DNA of 64,000 nucleotides from Lama glama (GCA_028534125.1 CM052816.1:80726001-80790000), one strand, 5' to 3'; counted from the first letter of the stretch, positions 26,119 through 39,972 are shown. Notes: generated by a model not told the origin, from the letters alone. Program-made: numbers and translations.

Positions 26119-26689
26119 ATTTGTACATACAGAAGTGGTAGTGTCAAATTTTACACATGGGGCAACAATTCCAAGGATTCTTTCCTAATAACATTTAGTG
26201 AAGGATGAAGTCTTTGTATTTCAGCTTGCCAAATTATGTAAGAGAGATGGACTGTTGAAACTAGCATCTGATACCTAGGGAGTCCACTGCTGTTACAAAA
26301 CTTGATGTCTTTTATTCACCAGAGTAGACCAGATTGTAGAAACAAACTATGCCAAAACCCAAGTGGCTTAAAATAACAAAAGAGAATTATTGCTCCCACT
26401 AAATGTCCATCATGGGTCAACAGAGGGCTTTGTTATACAATGTGATTGTCCTCATTCTGAGACCTAGGTTGGCAGAGCAGCCTCCATCAGGAACATTGCT
26501 GGTCAAAGTGGCAGAGGGAGAAAAAAATAACTCTGTGGGTTCTAGCATCTGCATCAGTCTTTGACTTGGAAGTAACACAAATCAATCTTGAGGTTAGAGT
26601 TTAATCAAGTTTTATTTAAAAACTCCAATGAGATAGATACAGAATCTTATATTTAGGACCTCAAGTTCATCTGCCTAGAATGAAGGTGT

Positions 26690-27160
26690 GTGCAAAAAGG
26701 ACTGAGGGCTCAATATGAATGAGCCAGTAGTGTTACATGACAGCCAAAAAAGCTAAGGCAATTTCAGGTTGGAGTAATAACATCCATAGCAAAATTGGTC
26801 CCTAATAGTTCCACCATACTCCCTAGTGGTTAGACCATTCCAGAATTATTTATTCAGGTTTGATACCACATTTGGAGAAAGATATTAATAAAGAGAAATG
26901 AGTCTAGATGAAAACAAGAGGGTCAAGATTTACAAATACTGTAAGACGAGGAATGGTTGAAGAAACAGGCTGTTTCACCTAGCTAAGAGAAGACAGAGAA
27001 GTGACATCCTTGCTGCCTCTAAGAATGTATAGAAGGCATTCAGCCTATTTCTATATACAACACAGGCTAGATTGGGGTGTATGAGTGGAAAGTAAAGGGA
27101 GGAGGATTTCAGCTCAGTACTGAGAACTTAATAATAATCAGAACTGTCCAGCAATAGCAC
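26690..27160 (+). mobile_element. CR1/L3 LINE 3' fragment
   Basis: 'cagccaaaaaagctaaggcaat...gaggaatggttgaagaaac...gagaagac...ggatttcagctca...aatcagaactgtccagcaat'. Confidence 0.7.
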
Positions 27161-27409
27161 AGACTGTAGGGTGCAGTTCCGAGCTCTGTGAGAGGTTCTA
27201 ACTGAATGTACTTTGTTACTGACTGTGATCCCCTGTTGTCTCTGACTGAATTTTATTCTTATATAGTTGGCTGCATTTCTGTTTCATACATTTAGGAGGC
27301 TATTTGAATCTTACTTGGCATTTTTTATATTGATAGTTGGTCTTGAAAATTGTTTTTGATAAAGAAAATGAATTTTTGAAAATCTCTGTCAAGGATCATT
27401 AAATGATAC

Positions 27410-27635
27410 ACATTGGATTCCGACTGACAGTATTCATATCCTAGCTCCTCCCTTACAAGCTTTATGTCCTTCACGATTTAGTTACTTAATGTCTCCTAGC
27501 CTAAATATGTGCCTCTGTAAAATGGGATTAATTACACTGCTGAGAGGATTAAATTAAATGAGTTAATGCACATAAAAAGCTTCTGAATGTGCTTGGCACA
27601 GAGTATGCACCCAGAACATGGAGGTTATCAGTTAT
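27410..27635 (+). mobile_element. MIR SINE
   Basis: 'ctgtaaaatgggattaat...gaggattaaattaaatgagttaatgca...gcttggcacagagta'. Confidence 0.75.
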
Positions 27636-27734
27636 TAATCCTTCTTTTGGATTTTGACTAAGGCTGATGTGTAAAGTCTTTTCAATTCTTAATCTCAGCT
27701 TCTTTTTACTATTTCTCTTGAGTTGCTTCAGGTT

Positions 27735-28274
27735 TGTCAACTGAAATAAAATGCACAACCTAAAAGCTGAGTGTTGTGTTTTATTTGGTGGACCTCCTGA
27801 GGACGTGAGCCTGGGAAGCAGCCTCTCAGATGGCACTAAGAGACTGTTCAGCCCAGGCAAGGGAGAAGCCAGAATATATAGTTTTTTGTGGTTTTTTTGT
27901 TTGTCTGTTTGTTTTGGCAACAAAGACCAGATAGTCAGAACACCAAAAGATTACTGTTAATTAAAGGAAACCAGATATCTCAAGTTAAGGAATTTAGTGC
28001 TTTTCTGTGTACGGGAAGATGCAAACGTCTGGGCTTATTGAAATCATTCCCTTGATATGCACCTAGCTGTCTAGGGCTAGTATCCTGTTCTTTCACACCC
28101 TGAGTTCCCTCAGGGGCCACTGTTAAAGGCGGCAGCAGAGGCCAGGTTGCCTGCTTGTCTGCATCCCGAGCTCCCTCTGCTCACTGTCGGGGCGGCAGTA
28201 GTGGCTGATGACTTGATGGCCACATCATCCTTTTTTTTTTTAACTGCTATGGCTGACAATATTTTTCATTCACA
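27735..28274 (-). mobile_element. ERV1-class solo LTR (MER41-like, ungulate type)
   Basis: TG...CA ends with a 4-bp TSD ggtt (27731-27734 and 28275-28278). Motifs 'accagatatctcaagttaaggaatttagtgcttttct' and 'ctgggcttattgaaatcattcc' are as in MER41-like LTRs. Confidence 0.8.
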
Positions 28275-30199
28275 GGTTTCAGGGTCAAGTCAAAAATATT
28301 AATGGTTTTACTATTTCTCCATTCACCTACTTTCCTCACACTCAAATGTTCTGCAGTCAGGTTTTCTGATGACTTCTGTAGCTGCCATTACTGGTTGTGT
28401 GTGTAGTAAAACCCATCACATTGCACCATCCAAATGTCCAAGTGGTATTTGAACAACTGCTCTTATTGCTCCAAGCACACTTCAGAGTTGGGAGCCGTAG
28501 ACCTACTCATGTGTAATGTCCCTTCTTAAGTTTTCCCTCACATTTGAAGGCCTTTTAGTTTTTCTTTGACCATTAACCAGAGTGAGGCTTAGATAACCCT
28601 ATTAGCTTGACCTTTCCATTAGATCACAGAAAACTCAAAGAAATCTCACCCAAACCTTTTTTGGGTGAAAACAAGCTTTAGAACAATGGCATTTGCCAGC
28701 ACTGAAATTTGTTCCTTTTATGGCTCATTTCACCCCTCACAGTGACAAAAGAATTGTTATACCCAGGAGTCTTTTGGAAGCTATTGACTTTAAAAGTCCT
28801 GCATTAGATTAAAATGTGAATAATCATATTGTATGCATGTTCTGTTTTGCAATGCTCTGTTACAAAAGCCAATTTACAAAGGCTTTTTTCTTTGTATGTA
28901 GATAGAAGGCTTGCATCCAGCTCTTTCTTACCTGTTCTGCTTAGATGCGAGCTTGTCTCTGTTTCTCACTGGTCCAAGCTGATGGCTTTATTCCTAAGGT
29001 TTGTAAACAATTAATTCTCTACGTCTCCACAGGGACTAATGAAACCCAACTACATTGTGATATGGAGAAGCATGAGGACTTCGGAATTTATGAATCATAG
29101 CAATCAAATCTGGAAATAGTAATGTAGCCTTTTGCCTGAAAACATATTGTTGAGAATTCAATTATGGTTACTGCTCTTCCCTAGTGCCAGTTTGATTGTA
29201 AGTCAATTAAAAAACTCAAGCAGCCTTTGTGTGAGGACACTTATGCTGGCAAACACTCCTGTGTTACAGACATTTATTACTAAACTGAGCAAACGTTTCC
29301 ATAAACGTTCAGGTTTTTTTTCTTCGGAACAGTCCTCAAAGGACATTTTACACATGGTGTCCCCATTCACTCACATTCATCTGCACTCCCTTGACTAATT
29401 GGTGTTAAAGTGATGATGGGGGTGTGTTTTCAGTTTTTTGGGGGGAGGGATTTACATTTTTTGCAGATGTATTTCTTTAAACTAATCTTAATTTTCCTTA
29501 GCAAATTTGAGATTACTGTGCTAATTTTTTATAATGGGATTACCGTAATTTTTAGAGTGGGGGAAGTGTGAAGATATTTGAATTTCTCACCCTGTATAGA
29601 TGTTCTTATATGCAAGAGGGAATTGCTAGAGAGAGAAATTCAGGTAACTTAATATTAGTAACTTTCATATGAAAGCTATTTAAAGCATTAGATCTCTACT
29701 TCTTCACTTATAAAATAAGACTGAGAATGGCGCTGTCTCAAAGAATTCTTATAAAGTTCCAAGGAGATTGTGCACTAAGCATTTTACCCAGTGCCTATGG
29801 CATTGTGAGCGGGTGGCAATTTGTTCCTCCTAAACTTGTGAGGTAGGAGCTGTGTTGTTTCCTGGACTCTCCTGGTGAGGAAACTGAAGCTCCCAAAGGA
29901 TTAACAGGGACTTTTTAAGGTCATATGGCTAATGTATTGTCGATAGTGGGATTTCATTCTGAGAGTCTTAACTCCTAGTTCTGTGCTGTTTCACTTCGGA
30001 AGGTCAGGGGGAATTAATTAGGTGGATTACTTGACACAGTTTAAGCAGTATTATTTAATCCTTGCTGTTCGCTAGAATCACCCATAAAACTGAAGATCCA
30101 CGTAGATGTTTTGGTTCCAACAATGGAGATTCTAATATAGTAGATCTGGTGTGGAACCTGGAATTTGTAGTTATAAATTCTTGATGCTATCAATGTGCT

Positions 30200-31030
30200 G
30201 CCTCTCCTTTGTTATCTATTTTTTATATTTCTGGAACTCCTTTTGAATATATGTTGAAGCTGTTCCTTCTAGCCTTTATATCTATTCCCTTTGCCTTTTT
30301 CCTTTTTTAAATCTCTGTGCTGCATTGTTTGTTTCCCTCATATTCCCCCCCCCTCTTTTTTTTAAGTTTGTTTCTCTTGGTGTTTCATATAATAAGCTTT
30401 CTTCTATGCTGCGTGACATTTGGCTGCCCATTCATATTTTACTGACATATTCTAAATAAACTTCTCCACATGTGGAAAGGGCTTGTCGAAGTATGCTTCA
30501 TTGTAGAATGATCACACAAGGGCCTGACCATTTTTTCAAATACTTTTTATTTGACTTTTAGTATTAAGAGGACCTGAGCCAGACTTTTCCTTTGGGGTTT
30601 CCCCAAAGAAAAATTCTCTAATCTCTTGCCCTATGGATATAACCTAGATTTTAGCACTGTGAGCAAGAACCTGGGAGTAGTAGACTTTTACTTAGCCTAC
30701 TGTTTACAGTATGGAACTGCTGCCTTCAGCTGTGCCTGATGTCTCTGAGCCTATAGTCCTTCAGTTTCAGTCTGTTTATAAAAATCCATGTTCAGACTTA
30801 TGCTGGGTTCAGGTAGAGACAGTCTCCTGGCTCTGCATGGTAGGAGAACAACTTTTTTTTTTCAATCTTCAATGACTCCTCTACCAGTATTTCCCCATGT
30901 GTAGAGCTACATGATGCATCTAGTTCCTGATTCTTTCCGGGGCTCCACAGTGTGAATCTGCATTCTATTACTCTCCAACCCCCAGCCCCATCAGCCCACC
31001 ACTTGTAGGTAGTTAAATTTCTGCTTTATC
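30200..31030 (-). mobile_element. Very old L1M/HAL1-like ORF1/5' region relic
   Basis: 'tttctggaactcc...atatgttgaagctg...tctctgtgctgcatt' in a T-rich degenerate L1-like tract. Confidence 0.4.
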
Positions 31031-34000
31031 CAGTATGTTGTCTGGGTTAAGACTGCACGTGTCAGGATTTGATGGCTAAAAGAGGGAAAGGCATGAAACT
31101 TCCTTCTTCTTTTCCCTCTTTTTCTTTCTCACTATTGTTCTGCTTCCTAGGATCTTCCTCCATCCACTCAGATCTTTCCTCTTCTGCTGACCCCAAATAC
31201 CAGTGCATAACGTAGCTGTAAGCAACAGGGATCATGTCTGTAAAGGGTAACCTGAGAAACTCTAAATGTATGCCACTATCCCCAATGCTATAAGCCACAT
31301 TCCTATCTATCTACCAATTACATCTCAATCTCCAAAGTTCAGTCCTCTTAGAAAAGCTTTAGGGACCATTTTTGTGTAACTGAATAAATCTTCCTTTTGT
31401 GGACTCAGAGGAATCTTAAAATGTCCTAGTGTTTCCTTTCAGGATCAAGGGGAGAGGACATGGGAAGGGTTTTCTAAACCTGACTTCCTGTTTACTAGCA
31501 ATTAAGAAAAATTCTGAAAACTGAAATTATTGGCAAGGCTGACAGATAATTTTGTATTACTCAGATGGTCAGAGTAGAAGGAAACTGGTCAAAAGTTACA
31601 AGTGATGGCTATAGAAGTGAAAGGAGGCAGGGCAGATTAATCCTAGAAAAACATGCTAGTAAGGCCGTCTCTTTGTTTCTTTTTCTTTTCAAATTCTGTT
31701 TCCTCAAATTCCAAATAATAAATGATTCAGAGAGGAGATTCAACTGTCTTTTTCTGAGTCCTAGCTTTGATGATTTTTAGGTATATAAATTTGAACAAAG
31801 CTATAATAATTAGAACAATGTGATAGTGGTACAAGCATAGACAAATAGACAAATGGAGCAGAAGAGATTCTAAAACATATTCACTAAAATGATTTATGAC
31901 AAAAATAAAACTGTAACTTAGTACTTAACTTCTATCTCAGTGTCTTTGTATGCAAAATAGGAATAACTGTATCCCTGTGGTAGTGTTGTGAGGATTAAGT
32001 GCATTCATTCAAATGTGCTCAGAATGGGGCTTGGCATCTAATAAATGCTTAGTAAATTTAAGGTACTGTTTTTGTTCTCTTTATTTCAATATGACTTTTC
32101 CTGGTTCCAGGCCTTAATCGGCTTACTTTGAAATTTCATTCTCCTCATTCTGCACCACTTCTTGCTTTGCTACCAAATTCTCTTACATGCATTAGTGTAT
32201 TCCCACCTCTCTGAGGATGGAGACCACATAGAACACATGCAATTGCTTCTCTAGGTCTCATGGCATACAGCACAATGTTGAGCTGAAGGTGAAATTCAGT
32301 CTGTGCTCATCAGTTGACTGAGCAGTAGCTTATGTTGGGGGTTAGACATGCTCGTCAGGTGATCTGCTTTTAGCTTTCCAAGGCATAAGGTTAGAGCAGT
32401 TCTATGTTTTTTAGACCTAATCAATATCAGAAACATTTGCTATTTTTACCTTTTTACTAAATGGTCCTGGATTTTATAAATTCTTAGGGATTGTACCTGA
32501 CAGAATCTGTCCAGAATTAAATGCACAACAAAGAAAAGTAAGAGCTTGTGGTTCTTGACCTCACTTTCACCTCCAGAGGCTCAAAAGAAGACAAGAAAGA
32601 GCTTAAGGTTTTTTTCATTTATGAATGGGTAAAATTTTCACATCCATATTGTTCCTTTGGGACTGTTAGGTTTTTGTATTTTATATGACAACCTAAAACT
32701 ACAAGGTTTTTTTTTTTTTTTCCTCTCTTCATTTTTTCCCTTCCATTTCTACACTACCTATTGTCGCTCTTAGAAAAGCTGTTTTTTTCAAAGTCTTCCT
32801 GCCTTCCCAAGAAAGGACCCATGTCTGTTGGTTACCTGGAAGGTGGCATGTTGCCCTTCTTCCTGTTTCAAACTAGTCTCATGGTGCTTGCTTTCCTGAG
32901 AGGCGGCCAAAACTGCTTGCTGAAATGGTCATTTGTGAATACAGTAATTCTCAGGAGGCATAAATTCATATCCTGTTCTTACTGTGTATTTTATTAACTG
33001 TTAGAGTTATTCTATTGCCAGGCCCTGGCTAGAACCTGATTCAGTGCCCAGTGCTAACAACTGTCTTTAAAGACTTATGAATAGAGTCATAAACACTATT
33101 TACATTAGTAGAAACACATACTTTTAGTATTTCCACCACCCCTATCCCTCCTGCTCACTGTCACATGCACAGGCAGTTTGTGATGAGTGTGTGGTTACTA
33201 TGCACTTTCCTCATTTTATTTTAGTTGACATGTGGATACATCTGTTTGTTTAAACTTTATTTTTCATAATCAAGTCACTCTTATACCCTGGCCTCTAGTC
33301 TTTAAATAGCATGAACCTTCCCAGATTATTTGTTGTAAGAGTTTTTTTTTCCTTCTTTTTAACTACGGCCAAAAAGAATAAGCCTAGGTTGTGATTGCAA
33401 GCAACCAGAAAGCTAAACTGTTGCCTATTGTGCATTAGCAGAAGTTCAACTGCAGCAGGGTCCTGTTGTAGACATAATAAAACCATGGAACACACTTTAA
33501 TTCAATGGCAAACTTGATGTTCACCTCCCAGGTGGCTCAGGATATTCAATCTTAGCTTCATTATCAGAGAAATATGAAAATAAAAGTTAGAGAGGCAACT
33601 AATCTTTGTTTTTCCTCAATTTTACTTAAGAGAGAGACTAGATAGTTGAGTAACAGATTATTCCTTCTGTTTCAAGATGTAAACCATATCATGTTACAGC
33701 ATATGATGAGAAATCTGGGAAAGAAGCAATATTATGCAAAAGTTGATTTGGTGGTGACTGGATTTCCACTCAGACTCTATAATAATACACGGTGAACATC
33801 ATTCAGGTAGCTCAAAGTATCTGTAGCACAGGGCTTGAATTCAGTTCAAGTAGTTCATTCAACATGCCAGCCTGGTAAGCGAGAAAGTCAGTATAATGAT
33901 GGCAAGATTTATAGTTGAAAGAGTCTGTCTACAAAAGATGTATGGCAAAGAAATAGAAAACTCATGCTTTTTGACCTTCGTGTAAGAATAAGGCACACCA

Positions 34001-35615
34001 AGGGAAGATTGTTGATTATATACTTAATTTTTTTCTCAGTCTCATTTTACACATCCTGTTTAACTATGCATTTTATATTCTGTGCCCTTAAAATGGGTAA
34101 CAGTATTAAATTGGACCTGAGAATGCTATTTAAGTCCATGTAATTATTATGTATTGACTGCTGACAAGAAGTATTAACAAGCCACGTATTTTATGGAAGC
34201 AGTTTGAGTAATGCTTAAATGCACTGGATTTGGAAGTAGACAGAGTTATGCTGTTTCTTTGCTGTAGGAACGCGAGCAAGCTTTCTATGAAAAGTTTGAA
34301 TAATAATGGTATCTACACGATACCAGTCTATTCCAGCATCTTACAATTCATACCATACTTAAAAGGAGAACAAAGTAGCATTCTTATAAATGTTTGTTTT
34401 GATATTTGTTCAGGTTGAAGCCTTTTCATGTTCTGTTGGCTACCATATTCCTGTGCTAGTTGTTAATCATGATGCAGATGGCTGATAGTGTGGGTGATGC
34501 CACTGTATACAACAGAAGTTGTGTCCAAAGAAGTGTGCTACAAACTACATAGCAATGACTTGGAGTCTTCTTGAGTAAGAGGACCAGAATGGTATGTCAC
34601 CCCCTCCCTGCCCTGCACACATACATACACACACACATAGTACTAGTTTTACTTCTTATCTGTTATTTAAGAAAATCCATAGTGGAAAAAGATATTATGA
34701 GTGTCATAAAGCTTTTAGTGAAGATGTATTTTATTAAGCACAATCGCATCTTCATACATTTGAAAGGTAGCAGTGCATATGTGAGAGAAATTTTTTCAGT
34801 CTAGGAAATGAAGAAGTGTGTCCCATTTATCATTATGAGTTATTCAGTGAGAATATTTGTGGTATTCTACCCATAAAAATCTTTCATTCATTATGCATGT
34901 TTTTGGATCTAATTAAAGATAAAAATGACAAAGATTGGTGCACATTTCATTTTTTTCTACTCTCCTTGTCGGTAATCCCCAGGAAGGATCCTGGTAGATC
35001 ACCAAGAGGAAGCATAGTAAGTGTGGATGCTTCATACTATGTTCTGAGCCTCAGACCATGCTGCCTATCTTTAAATCAGAAGGTGTTTGTAAATAACAGC
35101 AAAGGGTTTATACATAAAATTTTTTCTCTATGCAAACTTCTTTATATAGCACCAAAATTTCCTGGTTCATGGGTCGTCTTTAACTTAAAAGAAAAAAAAA
35201 AGTCTGTCCTCTATAGCATAGATCACTCCATGAAGGAATACCTAAAAATAAAACAATCCATTAACAAAAGTGTATTTATGAGTGTTTACTGTGTGGCTAG
35301 CAAGAAATCATTTGTTTCTCTCATCCATTTATCTGTTCGCCTTAGGTCAGTAATGAATGTCAGTTACTGTGGATGTAGAAAGGAATTTTTATATTGATGA
35401 GCTGCATTTTGACTTAGAAAGTTGACCTAGGTTCTGTAGAAATAGATTGCTCTTTGATAGATATACTTTCCTTTGCATAGGTAAATGCACTGTTGTTTTT
35501 AATCATTTTTATATTTATGGAGGAGAAGCTGATTTGTATCTTTTAGGGGCTGGTGAACATTTTTCTGCCCATATGAAGAACTAATCAAATAATTATGCAT
35601 GTGGTTCAGTGTCTC

Positions 35616-36347
35616 TGTTAGACTACGGGGAATGGGAATGAGGGGTTAGAGCATTGGAAATTGATGTACTAAAGATATCAAGAGACTGCTTGTCTTGAGT
35701 AGTACTGACAGAGGGAGAGGATAACCTTTTTAGTCCCTAGTAGGCCTGTTTTCTTGTTGTTGTTTTTTATGGGTTTTTTTTTTATTTGCATACAGAAATG
35801 AAACATGGAGATTTGATTTGGAAACATAATATAGTCAAATCTCACCTAGTTTACTTGGTTTGAAGTGGGAAGCCCCATAAAAAAGACTGGCAGGACTCCC
35901 AGGCAGGGCCACTACTCTCCTTCCAGCACCATTCGGTTCCCTGGCCCAGCGGCTTTCTCTCACTTTTTGTCTCTGAAAGGGCTAACTTCTAGGATAGGGG
36001 GCTCACTTCTGATTGGTCCATTTCCCTCACTCCTGATTGGTTATTTCTCTCCCCCCTGATTGGTCCATTTCTACAAAGCCTGTTCCTAATTAGTCAACTT
36101 TTGTTATAGTTTATTTGCATATGATGTTGCAAAGTGTAAACTGGCAGCCTATAAAAGCCTGTGTAAACCTACAGAGGGGGCCCAGAGATTAGAGCGTTAA
36201 CTCCTCTTGGCCCGCTGGTGTAATAAACCCGATTTCTCCAACTTTTCCAGTGCTGCTTGGTCTTTCGCCCCGATCCAGGTTGCTGTCATAACGGAGCTGT
36301 AACATGGAGCTATAACACTGAGCTGTAACACATTTTTTTCTGCAACA
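35616..36347 (+). mobile_element. Solo LTR with intact promoter architecture
   Basis: Three CTGATTGG (36009, 36033, 36056), ATTTGCAT (35784, 36113), TATAAAA (36150), AATAAA (36222), U5 repeats gagct(g/a)taaca, and a ...CAACA end at 36347. The 5' boundary is uncertain: TG at 35616 gives an imperfect TSD tctc/tttc. Confidence 0.75.
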
Positions 36348-39300
36348 TTTCGAATGGCTATATTGGGCAACTGATATTTCTGGTTATCATAAAAGTCAGA
36401 GTATGGTAGGTATACATTGTTAAAACACAAGTCTTTAAAGGACTATTTTCCTTGCTGTGGAAACTATTCATGTACCTCTGCTGTTATTTTCCTGGGGAAG
36501 ACTGGAAATTGCAACTGTCTGGTATCAGCCTTAATATAAAATATGTCTAAGATGCTTTTATTAATTTTTATTAATTCCATGAATCACAGACCTTTCTTGG
36601 ACATTTACCATGTTCAAGGCACTGCAGCTGATAGTGAATATACAAATATCTGTGATGTGATGAAATGTGAAGTTTAATTAATAGGCTTTTTTTACATTCC
36701 TAGTTTAGCTGGCAAATTATACCTTATTTAGCAGTCATACCATGGCTACCTGTTACAGCACATGCCAAATTTGTAGCTTCTAACTTTGAAAGGTCTCATC
36801 TGGAGTGAGATGGGGATGATTTGAGGACAAGATACTGATAGACTAAACAGATTTCTTATCCTGTTTCCAGATATGGTAAAAGCCCCACTGAATTGACACA
36901 GAGAAGGAGCATTCAGAGAGGAAGAGGAGAATTAGCTCTGTGCTCTGCTTTCAGCATCCCAGTGGGGGTGAGCCTGGGCAGAGGGCACAATAACATTCCT
37001 GTTGAGATTTTTAGGTGTCCAAGAATCGAGGAACTTGTGCTCTCCCTTCCCATTTGGAAACTTGAGATGTGGCAGTCTCACAGATATGTCTTGTGTTATC
37101 TTTGATAGGTGAGTGGGATAGAGATGGTGGCTTCTGTGTCCCGAATGACTATTGTAGTGTGGTGAATATTACAAAAGTTGAGAAGAAAGAACAGTTACCT
37201 TGATCTAGGCTTGTTGGAGAAAGTTTAAATGTTTTTCTACCTTAGTAAGTTCGATATAGGGAATGTAATATTATGTTGGCTAGTTTGAATTAATAAAATG
37301 TTAATTACTCCCAGAAAATGAGCAGTAATAGTCTCGTTTTCTCCCTTTTTTGCACACATAGATAATAAAAAATCTATTTCCTATTAACTGGAAAATAGCG
37401 TAAACTTTTTTATTGACTATTAGTACACCTTTTCTTTCTTCAGTTATTAAACTACTCTAGACTTGATGGTTAATTATTTTCTTTTTTCTTCCTCCAAAAC
37501 AAAAAAACAAAAAAACTGAGGTAGCAGAAGTCTTAATCAAGTACTATCTATCCAGTATGTAAGATAGAAGAGCAACAATAGTCTCTAATAGAACAAATTC
37601 CAACCATTGCATTTTGGAAATAAACCTAAGTCCTAATAATCACTCAGATCATAGGGTACACATATCCCTTGAGGGTTCTCCCCGGCCATAACTCATATAT
37701 TTCTTCCAGATGTTCCTCAGTCTCTAAAAACACAGAGCAGTCACTGAAAAGGTACCACTACCATAAATTTTGCCTGCCCCAGAAAATCTCCAGGTAAGAG
37801 CCTCCTTATATCCAATTTCCATTCTAAGAGTAAAGTAATAAACCAAATTACAGCAAGCCAATACAACTCCTCCCTCACTGTTTTCCCTTGCAACTTGACC
37901 TTACTGGGGCTCAGAAAAACAATAAGAAAAATTACCATTGAATTAACTGTAAACTGTACCATATGAAGTGGAAATAATGACTTTAATGTTTGCAAAAGCC
38001 CTTGAGAGAATGTTGCTTAGATTTACTTACTGATCCTTTATATTAAACTTACATCCTTCAAAAACTATCAGTTATTTAGTGGATTTGGAGGATAGCATAG
38101 AGTTTCATAATGTAAACTTGAATTCAGAGTTTACATTATACAACTATTCATAATTATATCTGGTCTTTTTGTCTTTTCGAGGATTAATAAAATTTTTCTA
38201 ACAGTCTATTTCTGGCAAAGTTACAGACTGAGGTGTGACCTTTCACCTTAAGCAAGCAATTATGTAACTACTTAATAGTAATCACTTTACCATCTGCAGT
38301 CCATACTAATTTAAAAGACACCTGATCCTCAATTCTGGTGTGTGGCTCCAAGTTCAGCCTTTCTTTTCCTAGTTCAGCAATGGTCATTTCTACTCTGGTG
38401 ACTGTGACTGTCAGTTTGGAGGATGGAAAAACAGACCACTAAGTGGAGCTTCATTTATTCTGAACTAATTAGCCCCACCCAGCTTTATTCCTATCCTACA
38501 GAGCTCAGTTCTCAGATAATCCAGGCTTTCATGTTTTTCATCCCATTTTGTTCCTTTAAATAGATAGACCATTTGTATTAATCTTCCATTGTGAGGTTTT
38601 CTAGTCTTGAGTGAGATTCCAATGAGTTCTGGAGGAAAAGGGGACAATGAAAGGCCAAAAATCTTTTTGTAGATATAGATTGCTTTCCCTGTCTCCATGG
38701 AGAGACAAGGCTATCCCTTGATGGGTGTTAAAATAATATAAAAATTCCACCCAGACCTGGATATGAGGAAAGCATTTAATTTTTGTTCCAGCATGTAGCA
38801 GACTTTTACAGCAGAGTAAAAAAAAAATATCACATTTTCTGACAGTCCAAACACCTTTTTAATGTATTGGTCATTGCTGGTGCTGAGGAGGGAGGGGAGC
38901 AGAATGGAGATGTTGGCAATCAGAACACCTTTTTTTCCTTTTCAGTTCAACAGATGTTTGGCTTGAGAGTCTCCACTTTAAGGCTTTTAAAAACACTCAC
39001 TATCACCTTCTCGTGATAGTTACACATGAAGGATTTGAATTTCATCTCCCCCACCAACCCGCCCTGGTCTTCTAAAGTGCTTAATACACCTTCCTCTTCA
39101 TATTCTATCTTTGCTTCCATTCCTCCCAACTCTCTGTACCATCTCATGTCTTTTCACACCAAGGCATCTACTTTGTTGGGTTTAAATGATGTGAGCTTGT
39201 TGTCAATGTTGACATCATCCCCAGGTATTGGGCCTGTGTCTGTGCCCTGTGGGGCATTCTGCATGCTTCAGGATAAAGAAAAAGGGTGAGAAGCGTAGAA

Positions 39301-39565
39301 TTTGTGACCTATTTCTGGCAACTCAACCTAATGAACTGTATTCATGGAAATTTAAGATTCTGCTCTCTGGACCTCACTGCTTAACTATAATATTCTGGAA
39401 GATCCTTGGAAATGAACTGTTAGTGCAGAAACATCCCTAATTAATGATGCAGAATGATTCTGCATCCAGCCAAGATATAATTATGGAAACAGTTACAAAA
39501 GATATGTGATCTACAAAATAATTCCCTAAATATATTTCAAAAACTTACTGGGCTTAGTTGTGCAT

Positions 39566-39915
39566 GATATATATATGTATATGTGTGTGTATATATATAT
39601 ATGTATATGTATATATACATATATGTGTATGTATATATACACACACACACATTATCTATCATATGTGTATATATATAGTATACATATAGTATAACATATA
39701 CTCTATATGTGTATATATTATATGTATATGCTATATGCTATATTGATATTTGTGGTACCTATCTATACTATAAATATGGTGTAATGCTATATATGGATGT
39801 GTACTGAATATATGTAAATATACTATATATGCTACCCCAAGAATAACATATATTTACACATATGGTGTTTACTATATATATAGTGTAGATAGATAATATA
39901 CATATAGTATGGATA
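39566..39915. repeat. (TA)/(TG)-rich low-complexity tract
   Basis: Degenerate tatatg/tgtata repeats. Confidence 0.85.
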
Positions 39916-39972
39916 GAAGTATTGATAGATTTTATATCTGTTTATATTTGTATTGTAATTTTCTTCTCCTAG

